DNA of 64,000 bases. Origin: an uncultured Roseburia sp. (GTDB taxonomy: Bacteria > Bacillota > Clostridia > Lachnospirales > Lachnospiraceae). The position numbers were made by a program, and so were the translations under genes. The notes beneath the pieces are model-generated. The model did not search any database. It saw only the letters and a list, made by a program, of their open reading frames with translations, and was not told the origin of the DNA. Shown piece by piece: positions 35,791 through 45,034 of the stretch. Location of the stretch: positions 2,318-66,317 of the forward strand of contig CANRSX010000025.1 of the NCBI GenBank assembly GCA_947642555.1. The letters run 5' to 3'. Each line of letters opens with the position of its first letter. Position 1 is the first letter of the stretch.

Positions 35791-37614
35791 TCACACCTCT
35801 GGCTCAAACAGTGTACCGTATTCTGCCGGCTCGCCGGAAAGATGCACCGAAACCACTGTTCCCGCCCCTTCTGTACTCTCAATCGTAAGCCCGTATCCCG
35901 CCCCGTAATATGCCACGATTCTCTGATGTACGTTTTTTACCCCGATGGAGTTCTGTTTCTTTACGCTGATGCGCTGTATCTTCGTCTCCCGCAGCTCCGC
36001 CCGCAGCTCCTCAAGCCGCTCCCACGTCATCCCGACGCCGGTATCCTTGATCGTGATCTGCACGTCGTCCCCCTCCCGGTATCCGAACAGATCGAGCGTC
36101 CCCGGCCCGTCCTTCGGCTCGATCCCGTGCATCACCGCGTTTTCCACCAGGGGCTGTAAGAGAAAGGCCGGCACCAGAAGCTCCTCCATCCCTTCCTCCA
36201 GATCCATCCCGAAAAACACTTTGTCCGGGAAGCGGATCCTCTGGATGCGGATGTAATTTTCGATCTGATGCAGCTCTTCCGACAGCCGTACCACCGGGCC
36301 GGATTTGATGCTGTAGCGGAACAGCTCCGCCATGCTCTCCGCCACGGTGCGGATCTCCCCGATATCATGAAAATTTGCGATGGAGCTGATCAGATTAAGA
36401 CAATTATAGAGAAAGTGCGGGTTGATCTGGGCCTGGAGCATGCGGATCTCCATGCGCCGTTCATTCATCTCCGTCTGATACATCTGTTTCATGGATTCCC
36501 GCAGGCGCTGCGTCATCGCATTGTAGCTGCGCGCCATCTTCTTGATCTCGCTGTCAAATCCCCATTCAGGAACGACAAGCGTATTCAGATTGTCCCCGGT
36601 GCTGGCGTCCATCACCTCGCACAGCCTTCGGATCAGCTCTGTCTGTTTTCTCGCAAAAATACGGCCCATGATGATGTTAAACAGCGCCATAAGAAAGATC
36701 ACCAGCATATAAAAAATAAGCGTATTGTAATACGGCCTTCGCACGACGGCCCGCTCGACGCAGCTGACCACCTTCCAGTCCAGCTTCCCGATATAATAGA
36801 TGCAGCAGATATAGCGCTTCCCCTCCGCCGCAAAATCGGTAAACACAATCGGGTTCTCCTCGGACGCCATCGCCGCGCACTCCCCCAGCTTTTCCTCCAG
36901 CGCGTCCTCCCCCTCCATGGCGCCCGTCCGGTAAAATGCCCGGTTCTGCCCGTCATACAGAAGGACCCGGCCATCATCCTCCTCCACGTCCTTAAAGATA
37001 TCGCGGATCCCCTTCGCATCCAGTCTCATACAGATGTAGCCCAGGTTTTCGCCGTGCCGCTCCACGTCGATCATGGGTTTGATTAAAAACAGCTCCTTAA
37101 GCTCCCCCTTTTCATCAAACTGGAATTCAAAATGACGCTTGTATTTCCCCTGCTCCGCCAGCCTCCCCCAGTCGTCGATCTTATTCCGGATGGAGGTGTC
37201 ATACTCCGCCACATAGCTGTATTCATAGAGCACGCCCTGAGAGGTCTTAAGCACCGCCCCCCAGATATTCGTATCCAGCTTCACCGCATTGCGCAGCGCC
37301 GCGTTGATGGTATTGCTGTCCTCCAGGTAAGCTTTGTCATAAGAATCGTGGCGGTTGCGCAGTACGCGGAGCATATTTTCGTCAATCACATGCAGATAGC
37401 AGGTCATCTCCGCGTTGCTTAACACCTTCTCAATATTCAGGCCGATCTGCCGGTCCGAGCGCTCCAGCGCCAGCTGGTAATCCCGGTCCACCTCCGAGAG
37501 GTTGCGTCCTAACACCAGCAGCAGAATCAGAAATACCGGCACCAGAGCGCACACCACATAGGTGACAAATAACTGGATACGGACACTCAGATATCGTTTT
37601 TTTCGTCTCATCAT
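35791..37614 (-). CDS. Sensor histidine kinase, YesM-type
   Basis: 607 aa. Two TM helices flank an extracellular domain, followed by HAMP, the LQAQINPHFLYN His-kinase motif and an HATPase_c domain (DTGVGM). Confidence 0.85.
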   Translation of the reverse strand: MMRRKKRYLSVRIQLFVTYVVCALVPVFLILLLVLGRNLSEVDRDYQLALERSDRQIGLNIEKVLSNAEMTCYLHVIDENMLRVLRNRHDSYDKAYLEDSNTINAALRNAVKLDTNIWGAVLKTSQGVLYEYSYVAEYDTSIRNKIDDWGRLAEQGKYKRHFEFQFDEKGELKELFLIKPMIDVERHGENLGYICMRLDAKGIRDIFKDVEEDDGRVLLYDGQNRAFYRTGAMEGEDALEEKLGECAAMASEENPIVFTDFAAEGKRYICCIYYIGKLDWKVVSCVERAVVRRPYYNTLIFYMLVIFLMALFNIIMGRIFARKQTELIRRLCEVMDASTGDNLNTLVVPEWGFDSEIKKMARSYNAMTQRLRESMKQMYQTEMNERRMEIRMLQAQINPHFLYNCLNLISSIANFHDIGEIRTVAESMAELFRYSIKSGPVVRLSEELHQIENYIRIQRIRFPDKVFFGMDLEEGMEELLVPAFLLQPLVENAVMHGIEPKDGPGTLDLFGYREGDDVQITIKDTGVGMTWERLEELRAELRETKIQRISVKKQNSIGVKNVHQRIVAYYGAGYGLTIESTEGAGTVVSVHLSGEPAEYGTLFEPEV

Positions 37615-37618
37615 ATGC

Positions 37619-39151
37619 CTAATCCATCCCGCGAAACTTTTTCGGCGTGACGCCGTAGGTCTTTTTAAACATCTGTATAAACTGGGAGGTATCGTTATAG
37701 CCGCACATGCCGGCCACCTCCGTCACCGTAAACCGGCCGTCCATGAGGGCTTCGCGGGCTTTTTCCATCCGCACCTCGTTCAGATAGGTGGTGTAGTTTT
37801 TCCCGGTGCGTTCCTTTAACAGATGGCTCAGATAGCTGCTGTTCATAAAAAATACATGTTCGGCCAGCTCGTGCAGCGAGACGTTATTATTGTAATTGTC
37901 CCGGATATAGCGTATGATCTCCTCCGCCAGCTCGTCCGGCGACTTCTGCGCGTTTCCCTGTCCCGCGGACAGCAGAGCGCACACCTCATGGATCCGATCG
38001 TTTACATCTGTAATCATGTCTGTCCATGAGCCGTACCGCGTCAGGACAAACCGGGGCTCCGGCGTATGGCGCGTCCCGGTATGCGGGTGCAGGCCCTCCC
38101 GCGCCATACACTCATTCATGACCAGATCCACGCCGGTCAGAAAATCCGCCACACTCTGCATGGAAAGCCCGGCATTCCCCGCCATATCGTCCAGCAGGCT
38201 TTTTAAAAATGCAGCGCAGCGCGCCTCGTCCCCGGCATGAAGATACTGCCGCAGCACCTTTCTGTTGTTCGCATCAAGGGGATTCTGATAAGATAAGTTC
38301 TTCTGCTCCTCATACCACAGCACCGCATCCGGCCGCAGCAGGCGGCTGCAGAGCGCATGCTCCGCCTGCCGGTATGCCGTGTGCAGCGCGGCCGCGCCGG
38401 AGCATGCTCCGCTGACTCCGACGAATACCGCCGCCCCGCATTTCTCTAACAGGGAGGGGATGCGCAGAATCGCATCCCTCGGGATCTCCCGCTTTGCCTT
38501 CAGCACCACGCCCATGGCGTCACGGCGCAGATCCACGCAGATTCCCGTCAGCGAGAGGCTGGTGTGCAGGTAGCGCCGGAGGAGCTTTTTTCCGCCGGCA
38601 GACACTTCGGCGGCATGTTCCTTCTGCCCGGCACAGAACTGTACGCACAGCGCCACATACCTCTGCAGTACATCCAGGAGCATGGAGCCCTCCGGTATCG
38701 CCTCATCCGCGCCCTGTGTGAGCAAAAGCCGCTGCAGCGCCGTCTCCTTCTGCGCCTCCGGCGTGCTGCCGGGCGCCTGCACGCCGTGATGCAGCACCTT
38801 GTAGAGCAGGTCAGACAGATATTTATCCTGCACCGGTTTGAGCAGATAGCCGCTGACCCCGTTTTCCATCGCCTCCTGGGCGTATTTAAAATCCGCATAG
38901 CCGCTGACGATGATCACTCTGGCGGAGGATTTTTCCGCATAAATCCTGCGCACCAGCTCCAGCCCGTCCATCACGGGCATCTTGATATCCGTCACCACCA
39001 GCTCCGGCCTGTGCTGTAAAAAGAGCTCCCAGGCCTGCTGCCCGTTTTCAGCGGACAGAAATTCCGGGTCCGTAAGCATCCCGCTGGCCGCCAGCTGTTT
39101 CTGTAAGGAAAGCCGGGATGCATATTCATCCTCCGCAATCAGAACCTTCAT
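37619..39151 (-). CDS. Response regulator with AraC-type HTH, YesN-type
   Basis: REC domain (MKVLIAEDE.. VVTDIKMPVMDG) plus a C-terminal AraC HTH (GYNDTSQFIQMFKKTYGVTP). Confidence 0.85.
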   Translation of the reverse strand: MKVLIAEDEYASRLSLQKQLAASGMLTDPEFLSAENGQQAWELFLQHRPELVVTDIKMPVMDGLELVRRIYAEKSSARVIIVSGYADFKYAQEAMENGVSGYLLKPVQDKYLSDLLYKVLHHGVQAPGSTPEAQKETALQRLLLTQGADEAIPEGSMLLDVLQRYVALCVQFCAGQKEHAAEVSAGGKKLLRRYLHTSLSLTGICVDLRRDAMGVVLKAKREIPRDAILRIPSLLEKCGAAVFVGVSGACSGAAALHTAYRQAEHALCSRLLRPDAVLWYEEQKNLSYQNPLDANNRKVLRQYLHAGDEARCAAFLKSLLDDMAGNAGLSMQSVADFLTGVDLVMNECMAREGLHPHTGTRHTPEPRFVLTRYGSWTDMITDVNDRIHEVCALLSAGQGNAQKSPDELAEEIIRYIRDNYNNNVSLHELAEHVFFMNSSYLSHLLKERTGKNYTTYLNEVRMEKAREALMDGRFTVTEVAGMCGYNDTSQFIQMFKKTYGVTPKKFRGMD

Positions 39152-39181
39152 TGAGCAGTCCCCTCCTCGTCTGAAATCACT

Positions 39182-40018
39182 CTAACTCTTTACCGCTCCG
39201 GCTGTCAATCCTCTGATAATGTACTTCTGCAGGAAGGCGTACACCACGATAATGGGGATCATGGACACCAGGTACGCCGTGAAGGCCATCGTATAATTAA
39301 ACGAATACTCCGCCTTAAAATTGTACTGGAACAGCGGCAGCGTCCAGTAGGAGCTGGTCTTATTTAACATCATAAGGGGCATCATAAAATCATTCCAGAA
39401 CCACAGCGCATCCATAATGACAATTGTCGCGATCATCGGTTTGATCAGATAAATCACCACCTGCACATAGGTCTGAAACGTGCTGCACCCGTCAATCCGC
39501 GCGGCCTCCTCGATCTCGGAGGGCAGGGCCCTGATATAGCTCACGAATAAAAACGCCCCCTTTGATAAGCTGAAGGCCAGATAAATCAGGATCAGCCCCG
39601 TGTGATTTAACAGGTTTAACCGCGTCATCTGCTTGACTAACGGGAGCATGATGATCTGAAATGGCACAAACAGTCCCAAAAGCAGGATCACGTAGACGCT
39701 TTTATAAAAACGCCTCTCATAATTTCTCGCGATGGAATACGAGAGGGCCGGGACGAAGATCACCACCAGCGCCACCGAGATCAGGGTGATCAGCGCGGAA
39801 TTGCGCACGTACACCCAGTAATTATTTTTCTCAAATAATTCTTTAAAATTCCCCAGATAAAACGAAGAGGGGAGCGCGAAAAAATTCTGTCCGGCCTCCT
39901 GGGTCGTTTTCATAGAATTGATCACCACCACGACCATGGGCGCCGTCACCAGCACAACACCGCAGAACAGTACCAGATACATCAGGATCCGCCATACCAG
40001 CGCTTCTTTTATTTTCAT
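39182..40018 (-). CDS. Carbohydrate ABC transporter permease (MalG-type)
   Basis: 278 aa, multi-TM, EAARIDGCSTFQTYVQVVIYL. Confidence 0.85.
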   Translation of the reverse strand: MKIKEALVWRILMYLVLFCGVVLVTAPMVVVVINSMKTTQEAGQNFFALPSSFYLGNFKELFEKNNYWVYVRNSALITLISVALVVIFVPALSYSIARNYERRFYKSVYVILLLGLFVPFQIIMLPLVKQMTRLNLLNHTGLILIYLAFSLSKGAFLFVSYIRALPSEIEEAARIDGCSTFQTYVQVVIYLIKPMIATIVIMDALWFWNDFMMPLMMLNKTSSYWTLPLFQYNFKAEYSFNYTMAFTAYLVSMIPIIVVYAFLQKYIIRGLTAGAVKS

Positions 40019-40034
40019 GAGCTCCTCCCTTCTG

Positions 40035-40910
40035 TCACACGGACGCCCTGTTCGAGACCTTCATCTGAAGAAACGAAAAGACCGCAATGATCACAAACAG
40101 CACCACCGCCTCTGCATTGGCAAGGGCAAACCGCACGTCCTGGAATCCCTCGTTATAGATCAGCAGTCCGATAAATTCCGTGGAACGCATGGGCCCGCCG
40201 CCGGTCAGCGCATATACGTAGTCAAATGTAGTAATACCGCTTTTTAATGTGAGCACCGTATTCACCGTAATCGTCGGGATCAGATACGGCAGGGTGATAT
40301 AGCAAAAACGTTTGAAGGAGGTGGCGCCGTCCATCATCGCGGATTCGTACAGCTCTTCCGGCACGGACTGTAGGCCCGCGAGAAAGATCACGGCGGGCAT
40401 GGCCACCGCCTGCCACGCGTGGACAAACAGCACCCCGAACAGCGCCGTCTTCGGATCCGCAAGCACGCTCTGCGAGAGAATGCCGATGTGAAGCGCCTTT
40501 CCGATTTCCGGCACCATCCGGTAAAACAGCTGGTCCCAGATCAGCGCGATCGCAACGGAGCTGATCATGGCCGGGAAAAAGAAGATCGATTTCGCAAAGG
40601 TTTTAAAGCGCTTCAGCGCGTTTAGGGAAAGCGCCAGAATCAGCGCGACGCCGACCACCACGACCACCAGCATCAGCGCGTACTTCAGGCTTAACGTCAG
40701 CGAATGAAAGAACCGCGGATTTTTCGTCAGGCTCACATAATTCCGGATCCCGATAAATTCATAGGTCGGCTTCGTGCCGTTCCAGTCCGTCAGGCTGTAA
40801 TACATCCCCATGATCACCGGCCAGATAAAAAAACCTGCGTAGGCCAGAAAGGCCGGCACCGTAAACAGCAGATGCGTCATCCGATCCCTGCTCCAGAACT
40901 TTTTCTTCAT
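40035..40910 (-). CDS. Carbohydrate ABC transporter permease (MalF-type)
   Basis: 291 aa, multi-TM, ESAMMDGATSFKRFCYITLP. RBS GAGGTG. Confidence 0.85.
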   Translation of the reverse strand: MKKKFWSRDRMTHLLFTVPAFLAYAGFFIWPVIMGMYYSLTDWNGTKPTYEFIGIRNYVSLTKNPRFFHSLTLSLKYALMLVVVVVGVALILALSLNALKRFKTFAKSIFFFPAMISSVAIALIWDQLFYRMVPEIGKALHIGILSQSVLADPKTALFGVLFVHAWQAVAMPAVIFLAGLQSVPEELYESAMMDGATSFKRFCYITLPYLIPTITVNTVLTLKSGITTFDYVYALTGGGPMRSTEFIGLLIYNEGFQDVRFALANAEAVVLFVIIAVFSFLQMKVSNRASV

Positions 40911-40944
40911 TTGGAAACACCTCGCTTTCTTTTCTTTAGCATAT

Positions 40945-40978
40945 AAAAAAATACCTATATAAATATAGGTATTTTTTT
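40945..40978. terminator. A/T-flanked hairpin after the Opp operon (bidirectional-terminator-like)
   Basis: AAAAAA-ATACCTATA-taaa-TATAGGTAT-TTTTTT, lying between the oppF stop codon and the next operon. Confidence 0.5.
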
Positions 40979-41018
40979 AGGGAAACCATATACATTTTTC
41001 TGGATCAGGCACCGCCGT

Positions 41019-42035
41019 TTAACCTTTCCCGTACCCCATCGTCCCCACCGCGTTCTCAAGCGGATGATGGCAGACGCAGAAATGTCCGGGGCTAAGCTCC
41101 CGCGGCTCTGGCGCCGTCTTTTTACACTCCTCCGTGGCGTACCGGCATCTCGTGTGAAAATGGCATCCGGGCGGAGGCGCTGCCGGCGAGGGCAGATCCC
41201 CCTCTAAAATCACTTTTTCCCGCTTCTCCCTCAGTTCCGGGTCCGGGATCGGCACGGCCGCCATCAGCCCTTCCGTGTACGGGTGGCGCGGCCTCGCAAA
41301 AATCTCCTCCGTCCTCGCGTACTCCACAATGCGCCCTAAGTACATGACCGCCACGTGCGTGCTCACATGCTTGATCGAGGGCAGCGCGTGCGAGATGAAA
41401 ATGTACGTCAGGTCGAATTCCTTCTGCAGCTGTTTTAACAGATTTAAAATCTGCGCCTGGATCGAGACGTCTAACGCGGAGATCGGCTCGTCGCAGATGA
41501 TCAGCTTCGGCTTTAAGGCGAGCGCGCGGGCGATCCCGATCCGCTGCCTCTGCCCGCCCGAAAATTCATGCGGAAACCTGCCGATATATTCCGGCGGCAG
41601 CCCCACGACCTCCATCAGTCTTTCCACACGGTTCCGAAGCTCCTCCTGGCTTAAGCTCTCATTTGCGAGAAACGGCTCGGCGATCAGCTGGAAGACACGC
41701 ATACGCGGATTTAACGAGGAATAGGGATCCTGAAAAATCATCTGGATATCCCTGCGCAGGGGCTTTAATTCCCGGCTGCTCATCTTCGAAAGATCCTGTC
41801 CCTCAAACAGGATCTGCCCCTCCGTCGGATCCAGAAGCCGTATGATGCAGTTTCCGGTCGTGGATTTTCCGCAGCCGCTCTCTCCCACAAGTCCAAGCGT
41901 CTCACCCTTCTTCACGGAAAAGCTGACGTCGTCCACCGCGCGCAGATACCGCTTTCCTTTTCCGAAAGAAAATCCGTGGGAGATGTCAAAATATTTTTTC
42001 AGATGTTTCACTTCCAATAAATTCTCTGCCATCAT
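41019..42035 (-). CDS. oppF: Oligopeptide/dipeptide ABC transporter ATP-binding protein (OppF-type)
   Basis: Walker [10 protein letters not shown], signature FSGGQRQR, Walker B LIICDEP, and a C-terminal oligopeptide-type extension. Confidence 0.8.
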   Translation of the reverse strand: MMAENLLEVKHLKKYFDISHGFSFGKGKRYLRAVDDVSFSVKKGETLGLVGESGCGKSTTGNCIIRLLDPTEGQILFEGQDLSKMSSRELKPLRRDIQMIFQDPYSSLNPRMRVFQLIAEPFLANESLSQEELRNRVERLMEVVGLPPEYIGRFPHEFSGGQRQRIGIARALALKPKLIICDEPISALDVSIQAQILNLLKQLQKEFDLTYIFISHALPSIKHVSTHVAVMYLGRIVEYARTEEIFARPRHPYTEGLMAAVPIPDPELREKREKVILEGDLPSPAAPPPGCHFHTRCRYATEECKKTAPEPRELSPGHFCVCHHPLENAVGTMGYGKG

Positions 42036-43042
42036 TCCCCCTGCCCTTTCTTTCCTGCCAGCACACAGCGGGACATATGTCCCTCCCCCACCGGTACCAG
42101 CGGCGGAATCTCTTTCTTACAAGCCTCCGCGGCCTCGCTGCAGCGCGGGTGGAACCGGCAGCCGCAGGGCAGATGCGCAAGCCCCGGCACCGTGCCCACG
42201 ATCGGTTCCAGCTCACCCTCCTCGTCCTGCACACGGATGGTGCTGTTTAACAGACCTTTTGTGTACGGATGATTCGGATGATGAAACAGGCTGTACACGT
42301 CCGCACTCTCGACGATCTGGCCGGTGTACATCACCATGACCCGGTCCGCCATCTCCGCGACCACCCCCAGATCATGGGTGATAAACAGGATGGAGGTGTC
42401 AAACTCGCGGATCAGCTCTTTCATCAGGTGCAGAATCTGCGCCTGGATCGTGACGTCAAGCGCGGTCGTCGGTTCGTCCGCGATTAAAAGCCCGGGATTG
42501 CAGCAAAGCGCGATCGCGATCATGACACGCTGGCGCATCCCGCCCGAGAGCTCATGCGGATAGCTTTTATAGATCTCCTCCGGCCGCGGAATCCCGGTCT
42601 TTTTTATCATCTCAATGCTCATTTCCTTCGCCTGCGCCCTCGTGCAGCCCGGAATATGGGTCAGAAACTGCTCCGAGATCTGATTCCCGATCGTAAAGAG
42701 CGGATTTAAGCTCGTCAGCGGATCCTGAAAAATCATGGAAAGCTTTGTGCCGCGCAGCTTCCGCTTCTCCTTCGGCGGGAGCTTTAACAGATCCGTCCCG
42801 TCCAGAAGGATCTCCCCGGCAAACACCTCGCCCGGGCGCTGGATCAGCCCCATGATCGCCAGGCTCGTCACACTCTTGCCGCAGCCACTCTCACCGACGA
42901 GGGCCAGAAGCTCCCCCTTTTTCATTTCAAAATTAAGGTGCTCCACCGCGTTTACATATCCCTGCCTTCCCTTAAACCGGATCCCGAGATCCCTCACCTT
43001 AAGCAGCGTCTTCGCTTCCTGTTTTTCCATTCCTGTACTCAT
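42032..43042 (-). CDS. oppD: Oligopeptide/dipeptide ABC transporter ATP-binding protein (OppD-type)
   Basis: [28 protein letters not shown]. 4-nt overlap with oppF. Confidence 0.8.
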   Translation of the reverse strand: MSTGMEKQEAKTLLKVRDLGIRFKGRQGYVNAVEHLNFEMKKGELLALVGESGCGKSVTSLAIMGLIQRPGEVFAGEILLDGTDLLKLPPKEKRKLRGTKLSMIFQDPLTSLNPLFTIGNQISEQFLTHIPGCTRAQAKEMSIEMIKKTGIPRPEEIYKSYPHELSGGMRQRVMIAIALCCNPGLLIADEPTTALDVTIQAQILHLMKELIREFDTSILFITHDLGVVAEMADRVMVMYTGQIVESADVYSLFHHPNHPYTKGLLNSTIRVQDEEGELEPIVGTVPGLAHLPCGCRFHPRCSEAAEACKKEIPPLVPVGEGHMSRCVLAGKKGQGE

Positions 43043-43056
43043 GTATGATCACCCCT

Positions 43057-43971
43057 CTAACGAAGACCCTGATTCTTTGGATCCAGCACGTCTCTTAACC
43101 AGTTTCCGAGCAGCATAATGCCCAGCACCGTCACGGAAATCGCGATTCCCGGGAACGTCGCCATCCACCAGTTGGTCGCCAGATAGTTTCTCCCGTCCGA
43201 GAGCATGACGCCCCAGGACACCGTCGGCGGCTGTATGCCGAGTCCGAGAAAGCTTAAGGACGCCTCGATCAGAATGCTGGTGGCCACGGAAAGGGTCGAC
43301 ACAACGATAAACGTAGGCAAAATGTTCGGAAGGATGTGCTTTAACATAATCCTGATTCCCGAAGTACCGATGGTGCGGGCCGCCTTCACGTACTCCTGCC
43401 CCTTTAGGCCCAGCACCTCGCTTCGGATCATCCGCGCGTAAAACGGCCAGGTCGTCACGCCGATCACAAAGACCAGCGTCAGAACCCCTGTGCGCATCAC
43501 CGCCAGAATCACCATCGCAAACAGGGTCAGGGGAATCGAGTGAAACGCGTCCGTGATACGCATGATGACCGAATCCACCCATCCGCCGAAATAGCCGGAC
43601 AAAAGTCCCATCACCGTGCCGATGATGCCCGCCACGACCACGGAGAAGATCCCGACCAGAAGCGATACCCGCGATCCGATCAGAACCCGCGAAAAGACGT
43701 CGCGCCCTAAAATATCCGTGCCTAAGATGTGCGCCGTCGAACCGCCCTTCGCCCAGCACGGCGGCTCCGCCATATGAACCAGATCAATCTCTTCCGGCGC
43801 ATACGGCATCAGTACGCCCGCAAAAAGAGCGATCAGCATCACAATCACTACAATCACAAAACCTGTCATCCCGGACGGACTTTTTAAAAGCAGCCGGGGA
43901 AGGTCAAACATAATGGAATGCTCTTTTTTAAATTTCTTATTGTCCGAGCGTGTCGCTGCATCTGCCTGCAT
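43057..43971 (-). CDS. oppC: Peptide ABC transporter permease (OppC-type)
   Basis: Multi-TM with a BPD_transp_1 EAA region. I moved the start to the ATG at 43971, which follows AGGAGAG; ATG 43911 is an alternative. Confidence 0.75.
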   Translation of the reverse strand: MQADAATRSDNKKFKKEHSIMFDLPRLLLKSPSGMTGFVIVVIVMLIALFAGVLMPYAPEEIDLVHMAEPPCWAKGGSTAHILGTDILGRDVFSRVLIGSRVSLLVGIFSVVVAGIIGTVMGLLSGYFGGWVDSVIMRITDAFHSIPLTLFAMVILAVMRTGVLTLVFVIGVTTWPFYARMIRSEVLGLKGQEYVKAARTIGTSGIRIMLKHILPNILPTFIVVSTLSVATSILIEASLSFLGLGIQPPTVSWGVMLSDGRNYLATNWWMATFPGIAISVTVLGIMLLGNWLRDVLDPKNQGLR

Positions 43972-44018
43972 ATCTCTCCTGTCCTTTCCGCACGAATTCT
44001 CTGCCCCGTCTGCCGCTG

Positions 44019-44933
44019 TCAGTAACGGATCCTCGGATCGATCAGACAGTACACGACGTCGGCGAGCAGATTTGCCGCCATGGTAATCAGCGTGATAATC
44101 ACCACGCACGCCTGAACCACACTCATGTCGTGAGCGCCGATTGACTGAACCACCAGCTGCCCGAGTCCCGGCCAGGCAAAAACGGTCTCCGTGATAAGGG
44201 CTCCTCCGACCAGATTGGGGATCTGGAGCGCCGTGATCGTCACGACCGGCACCAGCGCGTTTTTAAACGCGTGCTTAAACGTGACCTTCTGATTTGAAAT
44301 CCCCTTGCTTCTCGCCGTCCGGATATAATCCTGCTGCATGATCTCGAGCATATTGCTGCGCACCAGCGGCACGATCTGCGTCGCCGTATTGATCGTCAGC
44401 GTCGCACAGGGCAGCACGACATGCGCCCAGGTGCCGCGCCCGGAGACCGGGAGGATCTTTAGCGTCACGCCGAAGAGCAGGATCAGCATAATACCGACCC
44501 AGAAGCTTGGCATGGACCGCCCGAGAGAGGACAGTCCGCTCACCGCGATATCAAAAACAGAATCCTTTGTGTGTGCGCTTAAGATACCCAGCGGAATTGC
44601 GACAAGAACGGAACAGAGCAGCGATATTCCGGCCAGCTGAATGGATGCCGGCATCTTCTCCAGCACGACCCCCAGCGCGGGAACCCCGTAGCGGAAGCTT
44701 CGCCCGAAATCCCCGTGAAGCACGTTTTTCAGAAAAATCCCGTACTGAACATACAGCGGTTCGTTTAAGCCCAGCGCCTCGCGCATCACCTCGCGGTCCT
44801 CCGCCGTCGCCTCCGGCGGAAGCAGCATGGAGGTCGGATCACCGGACAGATTGACAAATAAAAATGTAATCACCGTGATGATCAGAAGCACCGGTATCAT
44901 CTGCAGTATTCTCCGAACTAAATATTTCGCCAT
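44019..44933 (-). CDS. oppB: Peptide ABC transporter permease (OppB-type)
   Basis: MAKYLVRRILQMIPVLLIITVITFLF is the typical OppB/DppB N-terminus. The start was trimmed to 44933. Confidence 0.8.
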   Translation of the reverse strand: MAKYLVRRILQMIPVLLIITVITFLFVNLSGDPTSMLLPPEATAEDREVMREALGLNEPLYVQYGIFLKNVLHGDFGRSFRYGVPALGVVLEKMPASIQLAGISLLCSVLVAIPLGILSAHTKDSVFDIAVSGLSSLGRSMPSFWVGIMLILLFGVTLKILPVSGRGTWAHVVLPCATLTINTATQIVPLVRSNMLEIMQQDYIRTARSKGISNQKVTFKHAFKNALVPVVTITALQIPNLVGGALITETVFAWPGLGQLVVQSIGAHDMSVVQACVVIITLITMAANLLADVVYCLIDPRIRY

Positions 44934-44959
44934 ATCAGTCTCCATTCCTGTGCTGCTTT

Positions 44960-45024
44960 TCCGCCCGGACGCCTTCTGCGCCATGCCGGATGACTCCCGC
45001 ACGTGCCGGATGCATCCGGGCGGA
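44960..45024 (-). other. GC-rich inverted repeats in the oppA-oppB spacer
   Basis: 9-bp arms TCCGCCCGG (44960..44968) and CCGGGCGGA (45016..45024) enclose a 14-bp palindrome CCGGATGCATCCGG (45006..45019). Confidence 0.35.
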
Positions 45025-45034
45025 CATTCCTTCT

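Noticed and set aside
43049-43759. 236-aa minus-strand ORF overlapping oppC in another frame.
   Set aside because: It is a Gly/Arg/His-rich out-of-frame product. The oppC frame shows TM helices and the permease EAA region.
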